64,000 bases of DNA. It comes from Squalus acanthias (taxonomy: Eukaryota). Below are positions 49,401-62,635 of the stretch, piece after piece. The first letter of the stretch is position 1; each line of letters begins with the position of its first letter. The stretch lies in assembly GCA_030390025.1 (NCBI GenBank), contig CM059432.1, forward strand, positions 18,664,001 to 18,728,000, given 5' to 3'. The notes below the pieces were generated by a model. It was not told the origin of the DNA and ran no database searches. It saw only the letters and a list, made by a program, of their open reading frames with translations. A program made the translations under genes and the position numbers.

Positions 49401-51061
49401 ACAAGATAAATCCCCAAGGGCAGCAAATGAAGGAGGTGGGGAAAAAAAAAGAATGGAACCGCAACAAAGAAAAAAAAGAAAGAAGAAGAAAATACGCAAA
49501 AGCGGAGGAAAGAAAGACAGGATAGAAAAAAGGAAAAGAAAGAAAGAAAATAAGAGAGCAAGGGACACGGCGAGAGAAAGAAATCAGTGGGTGCCTGTTT
49601 GGCCATGGTACATTGACAGGCCATTGAAAGCTCTGCATTTCATTTGAATCATACTACAATCTAACCTTCGACTGATTTGGTCCCACTTGCTTCAAAGTAG
49701 AAAAAATATTCCATTCCCCAGTGCTGTTATCCATCATGTCAATAAGTTATTCAAAAAACTGAGTAGCTTATGAATCATTAAATTGCATTGAGATGCGCAA
49801 GACCAGTGATGATGGAACATCATTCAAGGCACAATGAAGCTGAGCCGCCTCGAATAAAGTACATAACTCAGATAAACAGATATATGCAAATACAAAAAGT
49901 AAATAAGAAATGGTGTTCTGAAGGTTACAGATTTGGCGGTGCTGAGCATCAGGCTCACATACCACGCTGTACATTTCTGTGTATCAAAGAGCAAAAAACA
50001 ACGCAAAATCTCTCTCACAGGTAGATGAGTGAAGTGGTTTAGGCTCTTTAGTCTCTTGGCAATGACCTTTTCTAAAGCAAGATAACAATTTTTTCACAAC
50101 TGGAGCACTGTTTTGCAAATGGAGAGTATTTGACAGCAATGCACTGAAAATGGATTCATTACACAAATTAGGTGCATTGCATTACTTTCAGATGCCTCAG
50201 GCACAAATGAACTTGTGTCAGTCCCACAGATGAACAAACCAAATTCTATATCCTGCAGTTTGCCCTCAAGACTGTTTTTTTAAATTTTAAATTAATATTT
50301 ATTTCTTTTCTTTTAATATGTCATTGTTCATTGTTAATTAATAGTTCATTGTGGAACCAATTATATTAATTTGCGTTTTTTTTGTTTATTATGTGGTGCA
50401 TTTCTGTGGATTATTGTCTGTGGAGATTAGAAGAATTGTGACACAAAAAAACAATTCTGTCTTGTTTTGGATAAATATTTGAAATAACGAGCTATAGGGA
50501 GAGAGCAGGGGAAATATGGTTGATTTTGAATTACTCTAGCAAAGTGGTAGCACAGATAGAATGGACAGAATGGCCTCCTTCTAAACTATAAACTTCTATG
50601 GTTCTATAGTTTTAGCTTGGTAGAGGTTCCTTTAATTCTGTCATTAGTCATAAGTGGCTAGAAATTCATTATAGCCTAGGAATGGGTGGTATAATTAGAA
50701 AAGTTGGAGAATTAGCGCCAGGCGCTAATGCTTTAGACTACACGCAAAATTAATGCTCACTGCTCAAAGAAATTATTGGAGCACTAATTCAAGTCGTTAA
50801 GCCCAAGCTCATTGGTGTTACACTGAATAGGTGGACCAATATCAGGTGCAGTCTAATTGCAAGACATGATTGCCACAGGCTTTTTCCAGTTCTTAAAGGG
50901 AAGGTTCATTGATGCTGCAGGACCTCATTCTCAACGTTGCTGGCTGTGCAGCTGCCTCAGCAAGCAGCAGCAGAAGCAGAATCAGAAGCAGAAGCAGAAT
51001 CAGAAGCAGAAGCAGGACCAGGACAAGGAGAAGGAGCCGAAGGACTGAAGCAGCTGTACTC

Positions 51062-52966
51062 ATGGCAGATCCACACCCCAGGGAGAGAGTCTACAGATTC
51101 TGCGATCAAGCATTGGAGGCATTGGTGTTCGCTGTGGAGAGACGGAGGACAGTGCTCTACGCGGCAAGTGGCAGGAGAACCTCGCCGCAAGTCTTCCGCA
51201 CCGTGTGGAGAGAGGTAGTGCAGCACGTCTCGGGCAGCACTGTGGTCCCCAGGACCCACACAGAGTGCAGGAAGAAATTTAATGCCCTCACTTGGGTGGT
51301 CAGGGTGAGTTAATGCTTCAACAAATGCTACATACCACCATCTGAACCACAGTCTTCACACACAGCCCAAAGCACCACACCCCCAGCAATCATCCACCAA
51401 CAATCTCTACCTAACAACACTCACACCCACATCTCACACCTTGCAATCAATGACAGCTATTCAACTATGGCAGGCACATCACCCAAACACCTTGCTCCAC
51501 ACTCACTCACACACTTTACTTTCTCTTGCAGGCCAAGGTGGCTCAACACAGGAGGGGGCAGGAGCACACAGGCGGGGGACAAGCCGACATCCAACCACTG
51601 TCTGCGCTGGAGAATAGTGTGCTGTAGATTATTGGGCACCAGGTGATGGGCGCCGTGGCCACTTGCGACGTTGACCCCCTTGGGGACAACAACGGTATGT
51701 TTATCCCTACTCCTTCTTCTCACATCCCACTACTCCCTCACCGCACAAGTGTTTCGCACATTCCAGCTAATCATGCTGTATGCATGCATTTCTCCCTTCA
51801 TGCCCCCTCCCCTCACCTTAACCTAACTCTTGTGCATTTATGCTTTCAGATAATCAGCACGCACCTGAGCAGCCTGTCCCTGAGGGCACCAATGAGAGCG
51901 AGGCGGGAGAAGAGGAGGAAGAAGAACACACTGCGTCGTTGCATGTCTCACCCGCAGGCACCGGCTCAGATACTGGCACTACGCGTTCTTTAGAGGCTAG
52001 TACAGCAGTGGGATCTGCACAGGGTGAGCACCAGGGACGAGCAGGCTGCAGCAAGGCCAGGGGGAAAGGGTAGCTCAGGGGCCAGCTCCCTGGAGGGCAA
52101 GTTCGCGCACGAGTTCTGCTGCACAGGACTCAGATGAGGACCTCAATGGGGAGGCCTTTAGAAGAAGGGTGATGGGCATGCACACGGAGATGATACTTGC
52201 AAAGGCAAGGGTTCCTGAGAGCCTCTCGGCAATGGTTAGGAGTGTGGAGGAGTCCACCTCCAACATTGCACAAGGCTCTGTGCACACCATGGAGCCCATC
52301 ATTTCCAGTCTGGAAAGGATGGTAGACTCCCAGAGAGACTGTAGCAACCCAGACCTGATGCCGCGTGTGATGTGCAATCTGGCAGCTTCCATTGCAGCAC
52401 AGGCGGAAGCAACGCAACGTCTTAAATGCTGTAATGCAGTCTGTGCTTGGTGACATCCAAACTCAGACTGCTCTCATGGAGTCTCAGCTTGATGCCACGC
52501 AAGCTCTGACTGCTGCCATCATGGCTGGGTCTACCACCATCGACCAGGGCTTCATGGTGTCACAGCAGGCCAGCAATCTGTGCTGCAACAGATTGCTAGG
52601 GAAGCTGAGGTGCTGCCCCAGGGGAGTGGCAGTGGGTCAGTGGAGCAGGAACCTGCTGTCCTCTCTCAGGATGACAGTATTCCTGCTCCCACCACTGCCA
52701 CCCCGCCAGAACCCTTGCTGTTGTCTGTCACCCAGCTGGCCCAAACTGCTGCCGCCCATGCCGAGGTGGTGCAGTCTACAGCCGGGCCTTCTAGGCCCAG
52801 AGCTGCTCGAGGTCATCCTGCAAGGCCAACTGCTGTCTCCCCGACTGAAAGTCAGCAGCTTTCCACCAGTCATGCTGCAGCCACTGGTGTAGCCCTTCAT
52901 AGGAGCACGAGGATAGGCAAAGGCACATGCAAGACAGGCACTAAGGGAATGCACAAGGGTGATTAG
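51062..52966 (+). pseudogene. Three-exon Harbinger Myb/SANT gene (exons 51062-51304, 51532-51694, 51850-52966)
   Basis: RFCDQALEALVFAV..W..V...RTHTECRKKFNAL and a TGGG motif in exon 2. GT-AG introns with compatible phases. In-frame TAG at 51625-27 and frameshifts in exon 3. Confidence 0.85.
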
Positions 52967-53135
52967 TTGACTTTTTTATGTAATATTGAATAGATTGATG
53001 TATAAAGTTGGTTTGAAATGTTTCTTTTGTGATGATTTTTATTTCAGCATTGTGGCCAAGAGGACACTGTGATGGTCCGGAACAGAGGGATGGTGGGGTT
53101 TGTGACTGTTGTACAATGGAGATTTGGGGTGGTGC

Positions 53136-53400
53136 TCAGTGGAACCGTATTCGAATGAGACAATCACAGACAGCCCGGCCAGAGACAGGATGTGCTGATT
53201 TTCTCCTCCCTTCCTCCTGCTCCTCCTCTTCCTCATCCTCCTCCCTTCCTCCTGCTCCTCCTCTTCCTCATCTTCCTCCTCCCCCTCCTCCTCCTCCTCC
53301 TCCCTCTGCGAGTAGCTTGTCCTCTTCTTCACTGCCTCTGTTCCATCTCCCTGTCATACTGCAGGCCAAGGGGGATGACTGGGAGCAAGTGGTCTGACCA
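53136..53400 (-). pseudogene. Harbinger transposase stub (acidic tract plus C-terminus)
   Basis: Glu-rich (GAG)n tract followed by GRAVCDCLIRIRFH*, like the G..VR..LI...F terminus of HARBI1-type transposases. Confidence 0.6.
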
Positions 53401-54954
53401 GAACCCTCGAAGTCAGAACCAAGGCCTTCTCCACTTGCAGCCCCACTCCCTGTCACCTCACCAACTTCAAACAACTCTGGAAAGCGCCAAACACTTCCAC
53501 AAACTTACACAGAGCCAGTAGAAATTAATCATCAACTAACCTGAGAGTGGTTGTTGATCTTTTTAAATATTGCTGGAGGGGGTTCCTTGCTGGTGCTGAA
53601 CGCATGTTGAACTGTGTGAGGTTAAGACAGGGCATTAGCTCCAGCGTTCAGAACAAAAATGGCAGCGCTGGAATCAAACCAGCATTGCATGCTAATTGAC
53701 GTCGTGATCTGCCTACTCTACATAGTCCTGCCGCACGCTCCTACCGCCTGCACCAACATGGCGTCCAGTGCGGCCCACATCAGAACGGACGCCATTTTCA
53801 GCACAAACGGCACCCATAGCGCTGAAAAATCGGGCGCTATGGAACCGAATTTCTAGCCCATATAGTTCAGACAGAATAGTTATGTCAGTGATAAGAATTG
53901 AAAGAAAGGAAGCACTGTGTATATGAAAGTTATTTACAAAAGAATAACTTTGCATTTAGATTGTGACCTTTTATTGTTTTCCTTTTGAGGAGCTAGATAA
54001 GATTCCTACTGCAAATATACATATATAAGAATTATACTACTGTTATTTATTTACTGCTTCATCTATTATTCAAGAAACAAGTTTAATATTTGAAACCAAG
54101 AATGAAGTCTGATCATGTGATGCATATTCAAGATAGGAGAAAGCTTCTAAGGATAATTCCAATAGGTAAAATAATTAATGGAATGGGTGTTCTGTTCATT
54201 ATCCTGGGCATATTAGCAAAAGCTTACCTTTGTGGCAATATGGCAGCCTCCTGTCAAAGCAAAATGGAGAAAGGTGACTGAGCAAGTCAATGTAGTGACC
54301 CATGTCTGTTGTATTTGGGGTGGGGGTGGGGGTGGGGGGGTTGCAAATAAGGAAGAGGTTAGCTGGTATCTGGAGAAGTGCCAAGGCAAGTGCACCTTCC
54401 TTTGTATACATGCTTGTTCATCACCTATAGAAGGCATAGCGCCAATAGAAATGTTTCTCTCCACAGGAAGATAGCATGCCAAGATCAACTCTCCTTTTCC
54501 AAAGAACTGAATTGCAGTGGGGCGGAACTGAATCCTACACATAGCAGTTTAAAGATCAGCCCTTACAGAGTCCTGCCAGCTAAAACACCATGCTAGCTCA
54601 TTTGCAAGATCCTGATGTTCAGGGTCGATCGGATGCTCAGGTATCTGTTAACATCTTCTCACTTTGTTCTACTTACAGATCAAGGATACACACAGCCACA
54701 GGGAGAAGAGTAGAACAACTAGGGAACCAGCTCAGTTATAACAACTCACTGAATTTGAAGGGATGATTCTATTGTACTTGTCAGAAAAACCGTGAAAGTA
54801 TTTGGCGAAGGAAAGGCTTGATGCCAGCAAGTATTCTTCATTTAATGTAATCCTTCCCACCTTCGCTTTCTTGAGCTCCCACCACTGGAAATACACTTGC
54901 TGAGGAGCTGCGTGATGCACAAAATGTCTTGTGATCTTGCCTTTCCTTGAAGTC

Positions 54955-55609
54955 ACACTTCCGATCCTGGGCCTCTCCAAACTCCAAGTGCGCAGGGCCC
55001 ACGTATCCCAGAGGCGCATGTAGTTCGCAGCGTCCCTGGGATCACGTGAGCCATGGGGAGCCAATCACAGAAGGGAACCTCCCTTCATACATTTGACAGG
55101 AAGACCTGTCAAATATATGAATGGAGATCAATGAAAAAACATATGAAAACTTTAAATAATTTTTTAAAAAAATCACATTTTTAAAATGACTTGAAATTAC
55201 AATAAGTTAAGTATTTTAAACAAAAATGTAATTTTTTGAAAAAAGGAATTAAAGTTTTTTACGGGGCTAAAAATAAACTTACCTTTTTTTAAAGTATTTT
55301 TAAATGATAAATCAGTGAAAAACATTTTTTTTTAAAACTTTTTTTCATCTATTATCCTGGTAAAAGCAAGCCTTACGCCTGCTTTTACCAGGCGTAAGAA
55401 TTGTAAGGGTTTTCTGCGGGCGGAGGGTCTCCGAAAAGCGAACTCTCCGCCCGCAGAGGCCCTTCTCCAGGGCAGCCGGAGGATCTGTCAAGACTATTCC
55501 TGACAGATCGGAAATGCCAGTTTTCAGCGCCTGCGCTGTGCATGCCTGAAACCAGCATTTCTGATGTCCCTACGGGTGGGTACACCCGTAGGGATCGTAA
55601 TATCTGGGC
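54955..55609. mobile_element. Harbinger-like MITE family A, copy 3 (left end missing)
   Basis: Colinear with 40910-41549; right TIR ATATCTGGGCC. Confidence 0.85.
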
Positions 55610-55887
55610 CAATGTGTCATATAAGGTTACAAAAACATGTAAAAACTTACTTTCAAATGCCCTTTCAATGCATCCCATTACCAGATTAGCCCTGTTTACC
55701 ACTTCACGTTGATGAGTTACTCTCCATGCTCAGTAATCATACCCAAATTTAACCTTTACGAAAGGATAGCTATTCATTTCATATTCATTCCTTGGAATCT
55801 ATTTACTGTTTGTTTACGGGTCTCTGACCGACATCAATCTCCTTTACACTACTCATAAGGGTAAATAACTTGGTGTTAACAATAATT

Positions 55888-56651
55888 GGGCCAGAATTTG
55901 CGGTGGGTAGTAACGGTGAACTAACAGCTTTTGCCATTATTACCCCTTTGAAACTGACCGCAACTTCAGGATGTAGCACACGCACATCTAAACGTGACAA
56001 TCCTGAAGTTACGGTCAGTCATTCACTGTTCCGACATAGGCTGCTCTGTGGGCAACCCCCCCACCCCCCCCCAACCCCCCATAACTGACAATCAGTGTAA
56101 TCAGTGAAACTGACAAAAACCTGGGCTTTTCCGCGGTAATATCGCTGTTAAATACCTCGTTAAATGTTAGGCCTTGTTGGATTAGGTGTAACTGGGGTTT
56201 TAACAGCGTATTGACTGCTAAACAAATGTTATTGCCCTGAAAAACACATTTTAATTTTGTGGAGTGTCAAATTTCTCCATTGTGATAAAAATTACAATTT
56301 TTAAGAAACTTAAAAAAAGTTATATATTTTTTTAAAGTTTGTTTACGATATTATAGGTTCGACCTTATTCCCATGTGAGAGTCCCAATCTTTGTTTTGCT
56401 CTCTGTAACATTTTTTAAAAATTGGGATAAAAGCAGGTTCTCATTTCCTGCTTAGCTGTCTGTGAGAATTCTGCAACATGATTGGCTGCTGAGACAGCTT
56501 GTTGACGTCACAGCAGATTTCACTAGGGAATCCCCATTATACTGGACTGAAGTTAATTACACATCGAAAAGGAAAACTTCTCGCCACAGGTGGGCAGCTT
56601 TCTTCGGGGAAAGTGGCAAACTCCTTTGCTTCGCCGCTGACCGCAAATATG
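55888..56651. mobile_element. Harbinger-like MITE (family B relative)
   Basis: Left TIR GGGCCAGAATTTGCGG and degraded right end CCGCAAATATGC. GATTGG and TGACGTCA lie inside. Confidence 0.55.
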
Positions 56652-58261
56652 CATTATAATATTACAAGGAGTTGTGAAGGAATAAGCCATATAACCTATT
56701 CAGAAAAATACACCATTCTATGAAAGAATTCTGGCCTTATTAAAACATGACAAACTGGGTCTGGAAATCTAGAAACCTAATTATGAAAAAGCTGTGAAAG
56801 CATTCTGGCTATAGAGATAAGATAGTTGTTGACACTGAATCAATAACCTTATTGAAACAGAAGGTTAAAGGCTCCGGTAGTCTGAACCTTTTGGAATGAG
56901 ACAATGGTTCACCCTGTACAAGGTGTTCTAATTTACACTTCGTAAAGAAGCACATAAAAGTAACAAACATCTGCCTTCATAAAAATGACATCAAGTAAAA
57001 AACACACCTGCTGTAACACTGTTTTTTATGGTAAACTTAGAACACCTAGAGAAGAGACATAATTCTGTAATGCTACCAGCTGAGGTGACTATAATAATTG
57101 CAGGGGTCAGCAGAAAAATGACTAGCGATAATTAGCTTACATCAACAGAAAACCTTAAAGGAAATACCACTGGAAAAGGGTATACATATTGAACTCTCAA
57201 ATGGGATAGTAGACTTGCTTTAAAGGGGCAAAACAATTCTTGGCTTCAAATTTTGGTGGATATCCTGTAGAAAACTAAGAACTGTAAAACGGTAGCGAAG
57301 TTAAGATTTGAGAGTAAGGTTCTCTGATAATAGAATTGTAAGCTTTCTCTTTTTGGGACTGTTAATGTTGCGATTGACTCACCAACTGTAAATTACATGT
57401 CGGTTCTTTAATAATCTATATATTTTTAGAATTGTCTCACATAATACTTCTGTATCAAACTCGTGAACTCAATCTCTGTACGCTCTTTGGTGAGGAGTTG
57501 CAGAATTCTGGGGGAGTTTTCCGGACCCTCATAATATCCGGAACATTACTGTCTAGCTAAACTTATTAAAAGTGCTATCTGGAGGACGGTAACATTTTCA
57601 GGTTGTTCCTTTCCTTTAGGGAGAGATAGTCCAGACCTTTAGACCCAATTAAGCGTCTTTAGGATTCGGCTACCTCAAACTTTAGTTGAAAGTGAATGTC
57701 TGAGGAATACGCCTGATCCGGGGTAGCCCTAAAGGGGCTAGGACTAGTAATTATCCCTTCAGAGTATCACCTCGTATCATTCATAAATAGTGTAAACAGC
57801 AGGAGCCTTAGAACAGACCCCTCCAGAAGCACATTAATCATTGTCATCTGCCAGATCCTGTCCTATCCATCAACACTTTGTTTCCTATTGCTACATGAAT
57901 TTAGCAGCTGGCTAATTAGTTTTGATATTTATTAAAAGTCTCATGTGCGGAAGTTTCATCAAATGACTGCTGAAAATCCAACGACATTTCTCTCATTGAC
58001 TTGTTTTTTTTCTCAAAAATTCCGATAAGTTTATGAGGCATGAACTACTGTTTCAAAATCCATCCTGATTATTTCTTACTGCCTCTGCCGCCTTTAAATG
58101 AAACTTAATAGCATCTCATCAAATGCTGTTGAGCATTTTCCCACTGTAGATGGTAAACTATCCAACCATGGGTCTGGATTTTCACTGCAGCTGTTGCATC
58201 TTTAGAAAGTATGTCTTAGGTCTCACTCCGCTTTGTTGCAGAGTCAGGTCGCTCCCTGATT

Positions 58262-58435
58262 CTGGATTCTCTACCCCAGAGGGCTGTGGATGCTGAGTCT
58301 TTGAGTATATTCAAGGCTGAGATAGATAGATTTTTGGACTCTAGGGGAATCAAGGGATTTGGAGATCGGGCGGGAAAGTGGAGTTGAGGTCGAAGATCAG
58401 CCGTGATCTTATTGAATGGCGGAGCAATGCTCGAG
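58262..58435 (+). mobile_element. CR1 3' fragment
   Basis: ATTCTCTACCCCAGAGGGCTGTGGA...TTGAATGGCGGAGCA. Confidence 0.8.
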
Positions 58436-58903
58436 GGGGTGGAACCACTTCACACTAATGCGGCAGATGTAATGTAAATGCAGCCTATGATTTTATGATT
58501 TGTATCTCGCTCCTTTTCTGGATATTAATTAACAGCCACTATCTTCAGGGGATTAAAATTTCTCAGTGTGCTATTTTGTAGTGCATGAGCTAATATGTTT
58601 GCATAAAATTCCTATGCCTTATTTTAACAGGGGTATTAACCCATTCACTGGATTAATTACTTTGCTGAGAAATGTTCACAGGAATTTTACACCAACATGT
58701 TGCAAATGGCATACTGAGGAATTCCATCCACCAGGCCTTTGAGTACAATCCCTGAATTTCTGAGGTTCCAAAAATATCAGCCAGAGCTTTGGTATTTGTG
58801 CCACTTGTAGACATTGAAAGAGTGAATTTTACAAATGCTCCTGATATAGAACCTTGTGGGAAATATGTCATCACTTCCTGATATGTGCTTGTGGCGTGCG
58901 AGT

Positions 58904-59876
58904 CTCCATGCTAGGAGTGTGCCTTTGAGAATATACCGTTAACTTAAAAAAAAAATGTCACTTGCTTTACCTCTACCTCTGTATCCATTACAGATCTGGG
59001 TTGTCCAATGTTTATTGTGAGGACAGGTGTGATTCATTTAACACAACAGCCATCTCTTGATTCTCCATAGTATTTCTACCCTTAAAGGGCCTACTTGGTC
59101 TCTTAATATCTGTTCCTTGCACAGACAATATACTTTCTCTCGCTGATACCTGCCACTTATCTTTGCACTGAAGTCTTACACCGTCTAATATTGATTTTTC
59201 TGCTTTTTGTATGAGTCTAGTCATCACGATTCTGGCCTTCCTTGTATCTGTTCAAATAAAATCTGTGGAGCCTTTCCGTTTATTTTAATCTCTATATCCA
59301 GCTACCGAGATACTTTTGTTCTGGATACTTTTTATAATTTTCTCCTTGGCACGCAAGATGATATCAAATCCAATCTCTCGTCTTTCGTATGGTAGTGGCA
59401 AAGCAAATCAAATGTCAGTATCTAAGTCGGATATCCCAGCCAACGCTTCCGGTGTAACAGCGTGGATATCTTGTAGGCTGCCTGGGAATTTCCTCTGAGG
59501 GCAGTGCTCACTCATGTGATCCAGGGTCTTCTTGGAGCTCCACATACTGAGATCAGCTCATTAGAACATTGTTGGGTGGGACATAGGCATGAGTCCCACC
59601 AATAATTGGTGCACTACACCTGGGAAGCCCTGAAACATGTAGAGGAAGTACATCCGAGTGTGCAGCTGCAGCATTTAAACAGAAGCAGCACGCGGGCAGC
59701 AAGCAGCAAACTATTCAGAGGCTCCACGCTAGGAGTGGGCCTTTGAAAATATATCCTTATTTTTTTTGTTAAATGTCACTTGCTTTACCTTTACCTCTGT
59801 ATGCATTACAGATAGGGGTTGTCCAATGTATATTGTGAGGAGAGGTGTGATTCATTTGAAACAAAAGCCATCTCTT
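58904..59876. repeat. ~155-bp diverged direct repeat (58904-59058, 59722-59876) with CR1 debris between
   Basis: CTCCA.GCTAGGAGTG.GCCTTTGA...AAATGTCACTTGCTTTACCT...AGCCATCTCTT occurs in both copies. Confidence 0.85.
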
Positions 59877-60169
59877 CGGGCAGCAGGGTTTTGGGTGAGC
59901 TCAGGTTTACTGAGGGTGCAAGTTGGGAGGTCGGCCAGGAGAACATTGGAACGGTCGGGTCCAGAGACATGGATGAGGGTTTCAGCAGCAAATTAGCTGA
60001 GACAGGGGCGGAGACAAGCGATGTCACTAGAACCATATGGCAGGAAGTGCCACAGGTACTGAATCACAGTACATGAGGAAGATAGACAATGTGGGAATGG
60101 AAAAAAAACCCTTCAATTCCTGTGTGATGGTTCAGGAAAAGCCATTCCCCGGCTCTGGAGTATGCTGAT

Positions 60170-62635
60170 TACATAGGATTGCATAGGATATATGGCACGG
60201 AAACAAGCCATTCGGCCCAACCAGTCCATGCCGGCGCTTATGCTCCACACGAGCCTCCTCCTGTCTTTCCTCATCTAAATCTAACAGCATAATCCTCTAT
60301 TCCCTACTCCCTCATATGCTTGTCTAGCCTCCCCTTAAATGCATCTATACTTTTGACTTCAACCACTCCCTGTGGTAGCGAGTTCCACATTATCACCACT
60401 CTTTGGGTAAAGAAGTTTCTTCTGAATTCCCTATTGGATTTCTTGGTGACTATCTTATATTGATGGCCTCTAGTTATGCTCTTCTCCACAAGTGGAAACA
60501 TTCTCTCTGTATCCACTCTATCAAAACCTTTCATAATTTTAAAGACCTCTTAGGTCACCCCTCAGCCTTCTTTTTTCAAGAGAAAAGAGACCCAGCCTGT
60601 TCATCCTTTCCTGATATGTATACTCTTGCATTTCTGGTATCATCCTTGTAAATCTTCTCTGCACCCTCTCCAGTGCCTCTATATCCTTTTTATAATATGG
60701 TGACCAGAACTGTACGCAGTACTCTAAGTGTGGTCTAACCAAGGTTCGATACAGGTTGAGCATAACTTCCCTACTTTTCAATTCTATACCTCTAAAAATA
60801 AACCATGGTTTTTTATGGCCTTGCTAACCTGTGTCGCAACTTTTAGTGATTTGTATATTTGTACTCCGAGATCTCTTTGTTCCTCTACCCCACCTGGACT
60901 CGGACCCTCCAAGTGATAAGTGACCTTCCTATTCTTCCTACAAAAATGTAATACCTCACATTTATCTGTGTTAAGCTTCATTTGCCAATTTTTTGCCCAT
61001 TCTGCAAGTTCATTAATGTCCTCCTGTAATTTGTTGCAGTCCTGCTCAGTATTGACTATCCCCCCCACTTTGGTGTCATCCGCAAATTTAGAAATTGTGT
61101 TTTTGATTCCAAAGTCTAAATCGTTAATGTAAATTATGAACAGCAGTGGTTCCAGCACTGATCCTTGTGGAACACCACTACCCACCTTCTGCCACTGTGA
61201 ATAGCTACCCTTTACTCCGACTCTCTGCTTTCTGTCTTGAAGCCAGCTAGCTATCCATTCTGCTACTTGTCCCCTGACTCCGCATTCTCTGACCTTATTC
61301 AACAATCTATTATGGGGTACCTTATCGAAGGCCTTATGAAAATCCAGATAAATTACATCTACTGCATTACCATTGTCTACTCTCTCTGTTACCTCTTCAA
61401 AAAATTCAATTTGGTTGGTCAAGCAAGACTTTCCCTTTTGAAATCCATGCTGACTATTCCTTATTATATTTTTGGTTTCTAGATGTTCTTCTATTTTCTC
61501 CTTTAGTAGGGATTCCATTATTTTTCCTACCACCGAGGTTAAGCTGATCTGTCTATAATTCCCTGGACATGTTCTACCCCCCTGCTTAAAAATCGGTATT
61601 ACGTTAGCTATCCGCCAGTCCTCTGGCACTACACCTTTTTCTAATGAATTATTAAATATGTGTAGTAATGCTTCTGCTATCTCTTCCCTAGATTCTTTTA
61701 AAATGTATGGATGCAATCCATCCGGACCAGGGGTTTTCTCCTCTTTGAGTTTGATTAGTTTATTTAATATATCCCTTTTTATTTATTTTAAATGCACTTA
61801 TCTCATTACTAATCTCTTCATCCAATATCATGTCCACCTGTTCTATCTCGCTGGTAAATACAGAAGCAAAATAATTATTTAATATTTCTGCCATCTCTTT
61901 ATCATTACCTGTGGTATTATCCTGTTTATCCCTTAATGGCCCTATTCCCATCCTAACCTTCCTTTTTTTATTGATGTGCCTGTAAAATATTTTACTATTT
62001 TGTTTTATGTTCCTTGATAATTAATTTCATAGTTCCTCTTTGCATCCCTAATTGTTTTTTGACTTCTCTCCTAATCTTTTTGTATTCTCCCTTATCATGC
62101 ACTTCCCTGCTGTCTATGTACTTAATGTATGCCTCTTTTCTTACCCTCAATTGTTCCATTATGGCTTTATTCATCCATGGAGTCTCATTATTGTTGAGTT
62201 TGTTCTTTCCTTTTAGCAGAATATGATTTTTCCTGCATTCTGTTGAACACCATTTGAAATGTTTCCCATTGCTGTTCTGCATCATTGTTTTTCCCCAAGT
62301 TCTATTCTCAGCCCCTCAAAATCAACTTTTCTCCAATCTATTACCCTGATTTTCATCATACTTATGTCCTTCTCAGTTATCATCTTAAAGTGTATTATAT
62401 TATGGTCACTATTGCTTATATGTTCCCTTACTTTTACTTCTCTTATCTGCTCTAATTCATTCCCCATTACTAGATCCAAAAATGAATTTTCCCTTGTTGG
62501 ACTTTTTACATATTGGGTTAGAAAGGAGTCCTATACACATTGCAGGATCCCTATTCCCTTATCCCCTTTACCCCTACCTCTTCTGTCCAATTAATATTGG
62601 GGTAGTTGGAATCCCCCATGATTATTATTCTATGA
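60170..62635 (-). mobile_element. Long CR1 LINE, degenerate ORF2 (partial APE plus RT)
   Basis: IIMGDSNYP, SDHN, PGNYRQISLTS, QHGFQKGKSC, LDFHKAFDKVPH and KFADD motifs; CR1 3' UTR. Confidence 0.95.

Larger units (their letters stand above)
50655..53859. mobile_element. Harbinger element retaining the Myb/SANT gene, transposase core deleted
   Basis: TIR GGCTAGAAATTC at both ends. Convergent Myb gene (+) and transposase stub (-). Confidence 0.88.

Noticed and set aside
50960..51015. SR-rich or QK-rich protein
   Set aside because: It is a 12-bp tandem repeat (GCAGAATCAGAA) upstream of the Myb ATG.
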